From: Mobula hypostoma
Lineage: Eukaryota
Length of the DNA stretch: 64,000 nucleotides
Assembly (NCBI RefSeq): GCF_963921235.1
Contig: NC_086108.1
Coordinates: 30,816,001 to 30,880,000, forward strand
Reading direction: 5' to 3'
Below, in pieces: positions 38,642 through 51,315 of this stretch (its first letter is position 1; every line of letters starts with the position of its first letter). The position numbers and the translations under genes are program-made. A model generated the notes under the pieces. That model made no database searches. It worked only from the letters and a program-made list of their open reading frames with translations, and was not told the DNA's origin.

Positions 38642-39913
38642 GAGTTGGAGACAGGGAGCCATTTGTCATTAACTAGGCCTTGAAGGAATGGAGGCATTGC
38701 CTGATGGGAAACACTGAGCCTTCCTGATCTGGACTGACCAGCAGAACCTCATTAAACAGTCCTGCCAACTCAACACACATCAGGCTCGCTGGGCCTTCTT
38801 CTTCGAGCAATTCAACTTTGCCATCTCCTGCTGACCTGATTCCAAAGACAGTAAGTCGTATGCCCTATAACGACAGTTTGACCCAGTGGAAACGGAGATT
38901 GGCCCTCAGCCTATTATCCCTTCTCCTCAGATCCTTGCCCCGCTCGTCTGGGTTCTCGAAAACCAGATCTGCCTGTCCTACAGCATGGGCCAGCACCGGC
39001 TGACACACCTGACAACCATATACGTGCTGGCGGCTGTGTGCTCTGAGGTACTCCAGCCATCTAGGTGCATGAAGGACTCTGGATTTTCTGCGATGTCAGT
39101 TCTGCTTGCCTACCATGATCACAGACATATATCACTTTGTCACTGCATTCTTTCAGTGTGCCTGGTCCATTTCCTCCAACCAGCAGCCCTCTGGGTTCCG
39201 GGAGCCTCTAGTCTCCCTCTATGCCTGTGGTCCCATTTTGTCATGGATTTCATCACAGGATTGGCTCCTTCTGGAGGATTCATGGTGATCATGACAGTGG
39301 TGGACCAGTTCTCCAAGGCGGCCCACTTCATTGCCCTCCCAAGCTTCCGTTAGCTGTTGAGACGGAGGACCTGCTTCTCCAACATGTAGTACACCCGTAC
39401 GGCTTCCCCCAGGACATTGTGTCGGCCCAGGGCCCACAATTTGTCACTCATTTCTGGTGAATCTTCTGCCCCTTCTTTTACACCTCAGTGAGTTTGTCCT
39501 CTGGCTATCATTCACAGACCAATGAACAGTCAGAAGGACCAATTAACAATGGAGAAGTTTCTGTGTTGCTTCGCAACTTCTAATCCTTCCACCCCTTCCA
39601 CGTGGAAGAAGTATTTGCACTAGGCCAACTTGTCCCACGATCAACACACCTTGTCTTCCATGGGTATGTCACCCTTTGGAATGCTTCCTGGCTGCCAAGC
39701 CCTGTTATTCCCCAAGGAGAAGCTAAAGGCAGCGGTCCTATCTACCAGGGCCCTGGTTCCCTGCTGCCAGAATGCTTGGAAATGGCACAGGAGGCCAGCC
39801 TTGCTGCCAACTACACTTATTGCCTCCAGGCCAACCACCAGCAGCACCTAGCCAGGCTACTCAGATCAGACCACGTCTGGCTGTCCAATTGAGATCAGCT
39901 CCTGTGCACTGAC

Positions 39914-40606
39914 TGTCGCTATGTGGATATGGCGCAAGTGCAGAGTGAGTGACACTGAACCGGGTCGATAGTTCACAGACTTTAATGTGAACAGATTTAG
40001 AGGGAAAAGTAAACAATAAGCACTAGGCCAAACAAGGCCCTTAACTAAAACGCTCAAATGGAAAACAAAGCCAACATCGTGGCTGAAAGGAATAACTAAA
40101 AGTAAAACCCAACAGTCCAATTTCTCAGGCAAGGCTGAATGCAGACAGGCAGCGAAATGGTGCAGTGCTTTGCTCAAGTCTTGACAAGCAAGACTTAGAG
40201 GACACAGTTTAAGGTGCTGGGGAGTAGGTACAGAGGAGATGTCAGGGGTAAGTTTTTTACTCAGAGAGTGGTGAGTGCGTGGAATGGGCTGCCGGCAACG
40301 GTGGTGAAGGTGGATACAATCGGGTCTTTTAAGAGACATTTAGATAGGTACATGGAGTTTAGTAAAATAGAGGGCTATAGGTAAGCCTAGTAATTTCTAA
40401 GGTAGGCACATGTTCGGCACAACTTTGTGGGTTGAAGGGCCTGTATTGTGCTGTAGGTTTTCTATGTTCTATGTTCTATGTTCTAAGCACTAAGATTTAA
40501 AAAATGCAGTTAAGTACCATCACAGTGAAATAATAATTAGCCGACATGTGTATATTCATGAGTGCAATTGCCATATCTGCTGCTTTGTCATATCATTGTT
40601 GTGACT
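39914..40606 (-). mobile_element. Probable solo LTR of another family inserted in the Gypsy integrase C-terminus
   Basis: Interrupts LCTD|SHKLSAQF; termini tgtcgc...gtgact; flanks ctgac / ctaat; minus-strand attaaa. Confidence 0.55.
40191..40484 (+). mobile_element. CR1 3' fragment inside the solo LTR
   Basis: (TTCTATG)n tail; aagca duplicated at 40186-40190 and 40485-40489. Confidence 0.85.
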
Positions 40607-40795
40607 CTAATTCCCACAAGCTCTCAGCCCAGTTCATTGTCCCTTCAAGATTACCCATCACTACAATCCAGTCACTTAGTGCCTCCATCTGCCACCGACC
40701 CTCAGGATCATACCTACCTTCCATGTGTCCTGCCTCAAGCCTGTTGTCCATTGACAAATCAAGTCACCTCTGGAACCTGGGAAGGTGGGCCAATG

Positions 40796-40948
40796 TACAC
40801 TGTCTGCCAGTTGATTGATTCACGTTGATGCAGATGGGGTGTCCAGTACCTGGTTGACAGGGAAGGGTACAGCCCAAAGGATAGGTCTTGTATTCTGTCC
40901 ACTTTCATCTTGAATTTATTGCTCATCGAGGAGCTTCACCAGACCCAT
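40796..40948 (+). pseudogene. Integrase-associated chromodomain remnant
   Basis: YTVCQLIDSR*CRWGVQYLVDREGYSPKDRSCILSTFILNLLLIEELH. Confidence 0.75.
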
Positions 40949-41007
40949 CTGGATCATTATGAGCTGTCGGTGCTCGCTGAGCTGTGCTGGGGGGAGATGG
41001 ATGCTCC

Positions 41008-41331
41008 TGTGAGGCCTACACAGGCAGGCTCCTTCTAGTCTTCACCCAGCTGGCAGGATTCAGCTGCCACCCATTTCCAACTCATCACCTGCAGCCCATT
41101 TTAATCGAGCTCTCATCCTCAGTCCTTGTTCACCCATCGAACCAGTCTGCCTCAACCAGTTGCTCCTAAACTTCAGTTATGTTGTTGCCTGTGGTGTTTG
41201 GTATCCGTTCTCTCTTGTTTTGTGGTCCTACCTGGCTTGTTATTTCCATAGCCTAATTAAAGTTATCATTACTTGTTGAATCATCTCTGTGGCTCCGCTT
41301 TTGGGTCGAAGCTCCACTACGTTTCCTAACA
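41008..41331 (+). repeat. 3' LTR
   Basis: tgtgaggcct...cctaaca; shares blocks with the 5' LTR (aaccagttgctc, gttctctct, ttttgtgg, ggcttgttattt). Confidence 0.85.
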
Positions 41332-41336
41332 GCTTA

Positions 41337-41610
41337 TGCCTAGTTTGAGCACATTTCCATCAATCTCATTGACTCATTTATTCCCATGGAACCTGTTGTC
41401 CTTCATATACCCATCAACTGCCCCCTGATCATCCAGTCACCCACCCACGTTCAGGGCAATTCGGGATGTGAGTGGAAAACAAAGCACGCAGAGGAAACTT
41501 ACACAGTCATGGGGAGAGCCCACAAAATCTATACCGACAGCACGTGAAGTCAGTATTGATCCTTGAGCTGCTAGACCTGTGAATCAGTCATCCTGCCTCC
41601 CCCACTGATG
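41337..41610 (-). mobile_element. Decayed V-SINE, probable host of the Gypsy insertion
   Basis: Reverse-strand V-SINE motifs; sequence appears to continue from about 36480-36512. Confidence 0.45.
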
Positions 41611-41929
41611 CCTTATTCTTTTGCTTAATGTTCAGGCAGTTGAAGTCCTTGTCACTGCCTTCCTTTTTGACATTTCTCAGAAATTAACCATTATTTTTCA
41701 AATGGAGAAAGCTTCTGAATTATTGAAGTAAAGAGAGATTGAAATGTCAAACAAGAGAAAATCTGCAGATGCTGGAAATCTAATTAACAAACACAAAATG
41801 CTGTCAGAACTCAGCAGGGCAGGCAGGCAGGCAGCACACAGCCAGCTCAGATAGTCCGCAGGACCGTAGATTTCACAGAGGTGCTATGACAGCAAATGCA
41901 CCCAAATGTGTAGAAACAACCAAAGGTTT

Positions 41930-43905
41930 AAGCAACACACACACAAAATGCTGGAGGAACTCAGCAAACCAGGCAGCATCGATGGAAACAAGTACAGTCC
42001 CTTCAGCAGGACTGGAGAAAAAATGCTGAGTGGATTTAAAAGGTGGAGGGGAGGGTAGAGAGAAACACAAGGTGATAGGTGAAAACTGAAGGGGGAGGGA
42101 TGAAGTACAGAGTTGGGAAGTTGATTGGTGAAAGAGATACAGGGCTGGAGAAGGGAGAGTCTGATAGAGGGCAGAAGGTCATGGAAGAAAGAAAAGGGGG
42201 GAGGACCACCAGAGGGAGGTGATGGGCAGGCAAGGAGATGAGGCGAGAGGTGGAAATGGGGATGGGGAATGGAGAAGGAGGGGGTCATTACCGCAAGTTA
42301 GAGAAGTCAATGTTCATGCCATCAGGTTGGAGGCTACCCAGACGGAATATAAGGTGTTGTTCCTCCTACCGGAGTGTGGCCTCATCACAACAGTGGAGGA
42401 GGCCATGGATAGACATATCGGAATGGGAATGGAAAATGGAAAGAAAATGAGTAGCCACTGGCATATCTCGCTTTTTCTGATGGATGGAGCGTAGATGAAG
42501 CGGTCTTCAAATCTACGTTGGCTCTCACCAATATACAAAAAGCCATACCAGGAACACTGAACACAGGCTCACAAGTGAAGTGTCGCCTCACCTGGAAGGA
42601 CTGTTTGGGGCCCTGAATAGTACTGAGGGAGGAGGTGTAGGGGCATGTATAGCACTTGTTCCGCTTAAGCGGGTAAGTGCCAGGAGGGAGATCAGTGGGG
42701 AGGGATGAATGGACAAGGGAGTCGCATAGGGAGAGATCCCTGCGGAAAGCAGGAAGTGAGGGGGAGGGAAAGATGTGCTTGGTGGTGGGATCCTGTTGAA
42801 GATAGCGGATGTTGCGGAGAATTATATGCTGGACGCGGAGGCTGGTGGGATGGTAGGTGATGTCAAGAGGAACCCTATCCCTGGTAGGGTGGCGAGAGGA
42901 TGGAGTGAGGGCAGAAGTGCATGAAATGGAAGAGATGTGGTTGAGGGCAATGTTAATGGTGGAGGAAGGGAAGCCTCCTCTTTGAAGAAGGAGGACATCT
43001 CCTTCGTTCTGGAATGAAAAGCTTCATCCTGACAGCAGATGAGGTGGAGATGGAGAAATTGAGAGAAGGGGATGGCATTTTTATGTAATTGTGTGGGAAG
43101 AGGTATAATCCAGATAGCTGTGAAAGTCTTTAGGTTTGTAGTAGACATCAGTAGATAAGCTGTCTCCAGAGATAGAGACAGAGAGATCGAGAAAGGGAAG
43201 GAAAGCGTCGGAAATGGACCAGGTAAATTTGAGGGCAGGGTGGAAGTTGGAGGCAAAGTGCATGAAGACGACAAGTTCTGTTTGGGTGCAGGAAGCACCA
43301 CCAATGCAGTTGTCAATGTAACGTAGGAAAAGTGGGGGACAGTCACCAGTGCAGGCTTGTAACATAGACTGTTCCACGTAGCCGACAAACAGGCAGGAAT
43401 GGCTGGGCCCCATGCGGGTTTCCATGGCCACACCTTTTGTTTGAAGGAAGTGGGAGAGCCAAAGGAGAAATTATTTAGAGTGAGGAGTGTTCTGCTCGGC
43501 AGAGGAGAGTGGTGGTGGAGGGAACTGGTTAGGTCTGGTGTCCAGAAAGAAACGGAAAGCTTTGAGGCATTCCTGGTGGGGGATGGACGTGTATAGGTAC
43601 TGGACATCCGTAGTGAAAATAAGATGATGGGGGCCAGGGAACCTGAAATCATTGAAAAGATCAAGAGCAAGTGAGGTTTCATGGATGTAGGTAGGAAGGG
43701 ACTGAATTAGAGGGGATAAAACAGAGTTGAGGTGTGCAGATATGAGTTCAGTGGGGCAGGAATAAGCTGAAACAATGCGTCTACCTGGACAAGCAGGTTC
43801 GTGGATCTTGGGTCAGAGGTAGAAATGGGAGGTACGGGGAGCAGGAACTATGAGGTTGGTGGTGGTGGGTGGGAGATCCCAGAGTCAATAAGGTTGGTGA
43901 TGGTG
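41930..43905 (-). mobile_element. Penelope-like element, 5'-truncated, RT + GIY-YIG endonuclease, disrupted
   Basis: AMETRMGPSHSCLFVGYVE, FLRYIDN (YIDD), HPALKFTW, LPFLD, VYYKP; YIGESQRRFEDRF; terminal repeat at 41930-42015 with the hammerhead centre deleted. Confidence 0.9.
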
Positions 43906-43914
43906 TGTATGTAC

Positions 43915-44570
43915 TTCCTGTGTATGAATCACAAAATGTTAGCAGGCAAGTGCAACAAATAGTTAAAAATGCAAATGGAATTTTGGTCTTTATGGCAGAA
44001 GGACTGAAGTCCGAAAACAGTGAAGTTTTGCTACAATTGTACATGGTGCTGGTGAGGCCACTTCTGGAATACAATGCATAGATTTGGTTCCTATACCTAA
44101 AAAAAGGATATAGTAGCATTGAAAGTAATCAAAAAGAGATTTACCAAGCTAATTCCTGAAATGAGTTGGTGATCTTCTCAGGGGAGGTTGGATGGTATGG
44201 GTCTGTATTCCTTGAAGTTTAGAAGAATGAGGAGTGAGCTTACTGAAATGTATTGTATTCTAAGGATTCATTACAGAATAAGTTAAAAGATGTTTTCATG
44301 AAATTCTGAAATGAGGAGACATAGATCCAAGATAAAGTGTAGTCATTTAAAACCAAATTCTCTGTGCAGAAGTGGTCAGTTTCCAGAATTTTCTAACCTG
44401 GAGAGCTCTAGTATTTAGATTATAAGTAGTGGAGATTGATAGATTTTTATAAGATCCTGTGACTGAGGGATCTGGCACAGAGCTAGGGATAACTGTGCTC
44501 TAATAATATTGAATGTCAGGGCAAGCGTAAGGGACTAGTTGGCCCATTCCTGCTCCTATTTTCCTGTGTT
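43915..44570 (+). mobile_element. Old CR1 3' fragment
   Basis: KNANGILVFMAEG...VLLQLYMVLVRPLLEY; ends cctgctcctattttcc. Confidence 0.75.
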
Positions 44571-45594
44571 ATTCCAATAGTTAAAGGACTTGGAGCATAG
44601 ACCTATCAATGCAACTGAATCTTTTCCTCCTTTTAATCCAATCTAGGTGGTCAAATTTGTTGACCTTTCCTGAATATTTTTTCTCCTCTCCACTGTAGTG
44701 GCTTCCCTAACCAGTGTTGCTGTAACTTCTGCTATGTTGGCATGCTTCTCCTGGCCTGTCCACTCCACCTTGTCAATCTTGCCTGAGAAACATGTAACCA
44801 GGAATCTTTTGCTGTCATTGTTACTTCATGTTTGAGTAAAAGCCACAAAGTCACATTCCTAAATAGCTATCTTTGGTATTATTTTATCACTTTCACTTCC
44901 TAGACTGCTAGCATCAAAAGTGTAAACAATTTACCATTTCTAAATAAAACTGTTTATTGTTCCCAGTCCTTTTTTGCTGTGCTTTGCAAATTTATTCTTT
45001 CTCTTTCCCACCCCACTTACTAAATCTCTATCCTCCACATCCAATATTTCTTCATTTTGTTTTGAATATGTTGTTCTCTGCTGGCATAAGCTCTCCCACA
45101 AGATATATTCTTTTAAATAAATATGGTTAAAGCATTAAATCATATCATTGGCAGTTCTCAGTAGGAACGATTGCTGAACTATGTGTTATAACAGTTAAAT
45201 GTCTTACTACATGATATGTTATGAGATAAAATAATAAATTTTTAAGAAACTTCTTGAAAATTCTCTTAGGTAATACTGAGGCCATAAAGAATATAGCTTA
45301 GATTCTGGATTAGACCAGAGATGGGAAATTCCCTAACTACTGTATTGAAATGGTGGATTAGATTTTATACTCACATCTCTGGGCCCTTTCTATTCAAAAT
45401 CAATGAGAAAGCAACCACTAAACCACTGTTGGAAGCCAAATGAATCGCAAGCTCTCACAATATAACACATGCACAAACCTGCAGATCCATATAGATCACA
45501 GACTGAACCCAGCATTCTTTGCTCAATTAAACAACATCTTTCATCTCTCTAATGAGAGTAACCATTAAAAACAAATGTCATTGAAATTAATCCC

Positions 45595-47090
45595 TTCTGC
45601 CATGATGAGGCCACTCTCAGGGTGGAGGAACAACACCTCATAATCCATCAAGGTAGCCTCCAACCTCATAGTATAAACATTGACTTCTCCTGGTAATTTT
45701 TCCCTCTCCCTCCGCTTTTCTTCTGTTCCCCACTCTAGCCTCTTACCTCTTCTCACCTGCCTATCATCTCCCCCGGATCCCCTCCTTCTTCCCTTTCTCC
45801 CATGTTTACTCTCTTCTATCACAATCTCCTTCTCCAGGCCTTTGCCTTTCCCACACAACTGGTTTCACTAATCAGCTTCAAGATTATCCTCCTTCCTCTC
45901 ACCCAAACTTTTTATTCTGGTGCCTTCCCTCTTCCCTTCCAGTCCTGATGAAGGATCTCGGCCTAAACCATTGACGGTTTATTCATTTCCATAGATACTT
46001 CTTGACCTGCTAAGTTCCTCCAGCATTTTGTGTGTGCTGCTCTGGATTTCCATCAACTGCAGAATCTCATGCTTATGATTTGCGGTTCTACTGTGAAGTC
46101 TCTTCAAAGGATGTCTAACCCAAGAAGTTTAGATCTTCTCTTTGACAGGAGCTCAGTGAGATCCTTTCACACTTCTCCCTTTCTGTGATATCTTCTGCCC
46201 TCCAACTCTTCAACCATGTACTCACCCAGACTTGCTAGTAAGGTATCCTGCCTGCGAACTTCTCTTTGTCACTATCTTGTTCCACCGGGCTTCCAGCTTT
46301 GTTTTCAGACCTCCAAGCTTGGACCCACTGTAACTATGTTCGATTGCCTGCTTTACCCATCATTTCTCCCTCCGAATTCCATGCATCACCCCAGCAGTTA
46401 TGTAGAGATACCTGAGGGCCCTGTTTCAGTCTGCCACAGTTCTGGGCCTCTCTCACTTCTGTCTGCCATAGACCCCTCTGACATTTCATCCTTCACCAGA
46501 TCCACACCTTCAGCCACCACTTCTTCACCTTTCTCACGTCCAGGAAGGATCAGAAGATTGCCCATCTCCAGAAGACGGATCCCGCCATCTCCAGAACTGG
46601 TTACAATGACCCTGGATGCCTCCAGACTGTGGCCCATGCTGCCTCCTTCTCTTGATTCGATTAGACCACCTCTAGACTGTGGATCCTGCCATCTCCAGCT
46701 CTGGTTCCAGTGATCCCAGGTGGGTCCAGACTGCAGATACCACAGTCACCATCTCTAATGACACTGCATGCCTTCAGACCACGAATTATGTGGCCTGTAG
46801 ATTCAGCTCCAGCCCCAAACTTGGCCACCACCATCTTTAGGCCGACACCGTCCTTGTTGTGGCTAGGCCCCTGGGCTCTCCTTCCCCCAGCACCACTGTC
46901 AAACTCCAGGTCTTTCAGGTTTCCCTGTCACCTCTTGGATCCTCAGAGCCTCTGCATTCCCTGAACACCCCAAAAACATCAGCCTGAAACATTGTCTGTT
47001 TATCCATTTCCATAGATGCTGCTGATCTGTTAAATTCCTCCAGGATTTTGTGTGTGTTGCTCTGGATTTCCAGCAGCTGTAGAATCTTGT
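45595..47090 (+). mobile_element. Penelope-like element: pseudo-LTR, probable 5' ORF remnant, second terminal repeat
   Basis: 45595-46075 matches the 3' end of the 41930-43905 element and includes hammerhead 45940-45978; C-rich decayed coding-like 46130-46965; terminal repeat again at 46978-47090. Confidence 0.65.
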
Positions 47091-49048
47091 GTGTCATTGA
47101 AATGAATGTTAATCTTTTTTCTGTCATTGCTTGAATTTTGTTGTCCAACTAGCAATTGTTGCTGATGTTGCTGGGACGTCCTAATTTGGAAATGCTACTG
47201 GACTAATAATCCACAGAAAACTGATGCTAGGTAAATTTTACGGCTGGCAAATGGGGAATTTCAACATTCACAATGCAGTACTGGTTAATATCAGAGACTT
47301 GGAAGGATGATATTCAAAAGCACTTCACATTCAAATGAAGTACTTTTGGTGTAATTTCTTCTGTAATTCATCTTGCTGTGTTTGCAACAGGACAAAGAAA
47401 TCTATCACATCGATGCTTCCAGTAATTCCGCCAGAAAATATTCATCTCAAGGTTGATTTGCACTTTGATCCAGTAAAGCAAGAGCATCCTATGAGTTTCC
47501 ATGATGTCATGTCAATACTTCACACCACTGCAATTAGATTTCAGCATCAGATTGACCCATACCCCTCCCGCAAGGCCACCAATTTAACAGTAGCCACTTT
47601 ATTGAAATGATTTGTTAATCTATAGCAATGTTAATGAGAAGACCCAAGAATTAAATGAGTCGTTTTATATTTGAAATGATTAAGGGAGCACAGCTTCAGT
47701 CTGTCAAGGGACTGTGAAGGGATTAACCTTAAATTTTGTGGTTTGCACAAAGCCCTCTTGGAATTCAACTTACTTTAAGCAGCATACCCCACCCACACAA
47801 AATAAAACTCACACTGTTTAAGCACAATAGTTCACTCTTTTAAAATAGGATGCAGAACACAGAATTAGGTGATTTGATCCTGCAGATCTGTATTGCATTG
47901 ACAGTGACCAAGCCTTGACCTATTTACGTAGGATCACTCTTAGGTACTGTATGTGAGGCGTTTAATCCAAATTCAGGGGGAGGCATATATCTGGAATAAA
48001 TAGATTGAAAAACCTGCGTGTACCTTCTGGTGATGCATTCAACTACCATCATGCCAAATCCTGCATCTTTGCACAGCAACCAGGCACAAGACTAAACATA
48101 TTAATTGAAACAAAACAATTGGAGTCTTGTTTGAAGTACCCCTAAAAAAATCAAGAGAAACCTGTTTCCCTTAAGAATAACTAGACTGCAGAACTCACAA
48201 CCAAATGGCATAGTTGAGGACAGAAATCTACAATGGAATAGAAGGATATAGAAACATGGTTAGATCAAATAAAAGACAATTTGTAGAACATAAACTCAAG
48301 ATAAAATCAAACAGCTTGTTTCTGTGCTGTAGATCCTTTTTAAAATTAAGGAAGTGCATTATTTCTCTTAATAGTTTGATTTTTATGCTGTGTAGCTGAA
48401 GGGTATTCTATAAGATAAGCTAAATTCCAAGTAGGTTAAGCACAAACCACAAGTTTTCAGGTTAATCCCTCTACAGCCCCATTGCAAGCTGAAATTATGC
48501 TCCTATAACCATTTCACATGTAACTACTGATATAAGTCACAGAGCCGCCCATTGACACTGACTCAATGCCATGGATTGACAAGCTATTACTGTTGATTTA
48601 TCTATCTCATTGCAATGAATAGTTGTGCTTCAGACCAATCCAGGATGCGGAGGAAGTTTTCTGGTACTTTCACGCTGACTTAATCAGAACCTAACCCAAT
48701 TTTTTTTTAAGCCTACAAGTGTTTGGAACTTTGGACATTCTAATTTTGCAGCGGAAAATACCATGCAAATTATATTATGTTATTGATTATTTAAAATGCA
48801 GAACAATATAGAGAAAAGAAACATCGAACAAGAGCATATGTGAAGTTATGAGGAAACAGTGTAACCTTCACTTGAGAGCATAGGGGCTGCCCCCTTCCCA
48901 TCTGAGGAGAGATGTCCTAGACAGAGCATTGTTAGATAAAGGAGAAGCTAAATAAAGTGGGTGTTAACACATCAAGGAAGGGGAAAATGCAAACCTGGGA
49001 CCGGAACTTTCCAGTGTAAAAGATAGAAATAATTTGTTTTCAGAGAAT

Positions 49049-49432
49049 GCACTTTACTATCTCAGGACTTCCCACAGTGGCTCACAGCCAATGGAATACA
49101 GCCACTGTTTTACTGCAGGGAATACAGCAGTCAAATTGCAAAGATCAACAGCTCGCAGTATGCAATGTGAGAAGAGTTATCTTTCTGGCAATGTTGTTTA
49201 AAAGACTAACACTGGCCAGCACCTTAGGGGAAACACAATCCCTTGAAGGTAGCATCATGAGATCTTTAATATCCATTTCACTTGGACTGGGATATGAACT
49301 TAATGTCTCAGCTGAAAAGCAGCATCACCAGCAGTACTCTCTCAGTTCTGTTGTGGAATGCCAGCCTGCCCAAGGGTTTGGAATGGGACTTGCACCTAGA
49401 GGCAGAAGAATAGCCTGGATGGTGCAGCATAT
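49049..49432 (-). mobile_element. Ancient Deu-domain SINE (SacSINE1/AmnSINE1-like)
   Basis: Plus strand ttaatgtctcagctgaaaagcagcatc...gcagtactctctcagttctg...ggaatgccagcct...ggaatgggacttgcacc resembles the reverse complement of the Deu-SINE head and body as I recall it; not searched. Confidence 0.6.
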
Positions 49433-49724
49433 GGACTGCAGCAGCTGAGAATAAAGAATAAGTTACAAATGAACAACACCCAGATTTCTGTGTAATTGGC
49501 AATCAGTTCAGTATTGTCACACGTACTGAGAGACAGAAAAAAAACTTGTTTTGCATGCCATTCATACTGATCCTTCCAAAATGTAAATATATCGAGGTAG
49601 TACAAAGAGAAAAGCAGTAACAGAATGCAGAATATAACGTTATCATTACAGAGAAAGTGCAAAGACTATGTGGTAGATTGTGAGGTCAACAGTTCATCTT
49701 TATCATTCAAGAGGTCCATTTAAT

Positions 49725-50332
49725 AAAGGCATCAGCACCTTTATTTCCTGCAGACCAAGAAGAAAGATCACTTCTGTCCCAGGATACTGCTGGACTTTTA
49801 CCACTGTACCATTGAGAGCATACTCACCAACTGCATCTCAGTGTGGTATGGCAATTGTCCCGTATCGGACCGCAAAGCACTCCAGCGTGTGGTGAAAACT
49901 TCCCAGTGGATTATTGGCACCCAATTGCCCACCATTGAGAACATCTACCATAAACACTGCCTGGGCAGGGCGAAAAGCATTATCAGGGATGCATCTCACC
50001 CTAACCATGGACTTTTTACTCTCCTCCCATCCGGTAGGCGCTACAGGAGCCTCCTCTCCTGCACCAGCAGGCACAGGAAGAGCTTCTTCCCTGAGGCTGT
50101 GATACTGCTGAACCTCACATCACAGCGCTAAGCAGTATTGCACCCATATTGTACTGTCTCAGTACTTTTATATTTGTGTGCTGTAGCACTACTTTTTATT
50201 CACAGTTATTTTGTAAATAACACTATTCTTTGCATTTCTGGTCAGATGATAAATGCATTTCATTGGCTTTGTATCTGTACTCGGCACAATGACAATAAAG
50301 TTGAATCTAATCTAATCTAATCTAATCTAATC
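49725..50332 (+). mobile_element. Rex/Babar LINE 3' fragment inserted into an older minus-strand tail (about 49495-50480)
   Basis: ORF 49841-50131 WYGNC...HPNHGLFTLLPSGRRYRSL...SFFP; (AATCT)n tail. Confidence 0.85.
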
Positions 50333-50569
50333 TATAGGTCTTGTACCAACAGGATTGATTCTTGAGCCTGATGGTGAATGTTTTCCAGATTTTGCATCTT
50401 TTGGCTTAAGGAAGGCGAGGAGAAGAAGTAAAGTACAGGGTGGGAGTGGTCTTTGATTAAGTTGATAAAAAGTCATGACATTCGGTATTGATATCAGCAG
50501 CAACAGAATGACCACTCAGAGTGAATAATCAGGAAAAGATCGTAAGCTCCTTGATTTACAGGAACATAG

Positions 50570-51202
50570 CCCCTCTCTTGCCTCGAGGAAGCTTAAGCAA
50601 ACTTTGACAAACTTCTATAGATGTGTAGTGGAAAGTGTGCTGACTTGCTGCATTACAGTCTGGTGTGGGAACACCAATGCATTTGAAAGGAAAATCCTAG
50701 CAAGGTAGTGGGTTCTTCCAAGTGCATGAGAGGTAAAACCCTCCCAATCATTGAGCATATCTACATGAAACACAGTCATAAGAAAGCAGCATCCATTATC
50801 AAAAATCCTCAGCATGCTCTTTTCTTGCTGCTGCCATCAGGTAGAAGGGACAAGAGCCTCGGGACTTGCACCATCCAGTTCAAGAACAGTTAACCATCAA
50901 TCATCAGACTTTTCAACAAAAGATGATAACTACACTTACCTGTTGAGATGTTCCCATAACAAATTACCTCACTTTAAGGACTCTTTATTTGATTATTTCA
51001 TGCTCTCATCATTTATTGCTGTTTGTTTATATTTGCATTTGCACAATTAGTTGTCTTCTATGCTGTACTTGATCTCTCATTGATCCTGTTTATAGTTACT
51101 ATTCTATAGATTTGCTGAGTATGCCCATAGGAAAAAGAATTTCGCTGTTGTATGTAGTGACATATATGTTCTCTGATAATTACATTTACTTTGAACTTTG
51201 AA
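50570..51202 (+). mobile_element. Rex/Babar LINE 3' fragment
   Basis: NFYRCVVESVLTCCITVW...ALFLLLPSGRR; (TTTGAAC)n tail. Confidence 0.8.
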
Positions 51203-51315
51203 AAGTGCCGCCCATCTTTTTTTTCTTAAATAGGGCAACAGATAAACTTCTAATCCCAATACAATGAACCATTTGTGCACCCTCTCTTAAAAAATTATCT
51301 CCTTACTGTTATGAG

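Larger units (their letters stand above)
36513..41331 (+). mobile_element. Ty3/Gypsy chromovirus-type LTR retrotransposon, two LTRs, heavily decayed
   Basis: TG...CA LTRs; RT remnant (EYLVMTFRLSDRPAIFQNFMNE), integrase (MDFITGL...[25 protein letters not shown]), chromodomain, PPT at 40989-41007; TSD gccta 36508-36512 / gctta 41332-41336. Confidence 0.85.

Noticed and set aside
47335..47610. 91-aa ORF with a possible acceptor at 47390
   Set aside because: No recognisable protein and only weak donors; needs RNA-seq.
49841..50131. Host gene call for the HPxHxLFxLLPSGRRYRS ORFs
   Set aside because: The motif recurs in many decayed copies, each followed by a microsatellite tail, so it is a LINE C-terminus.
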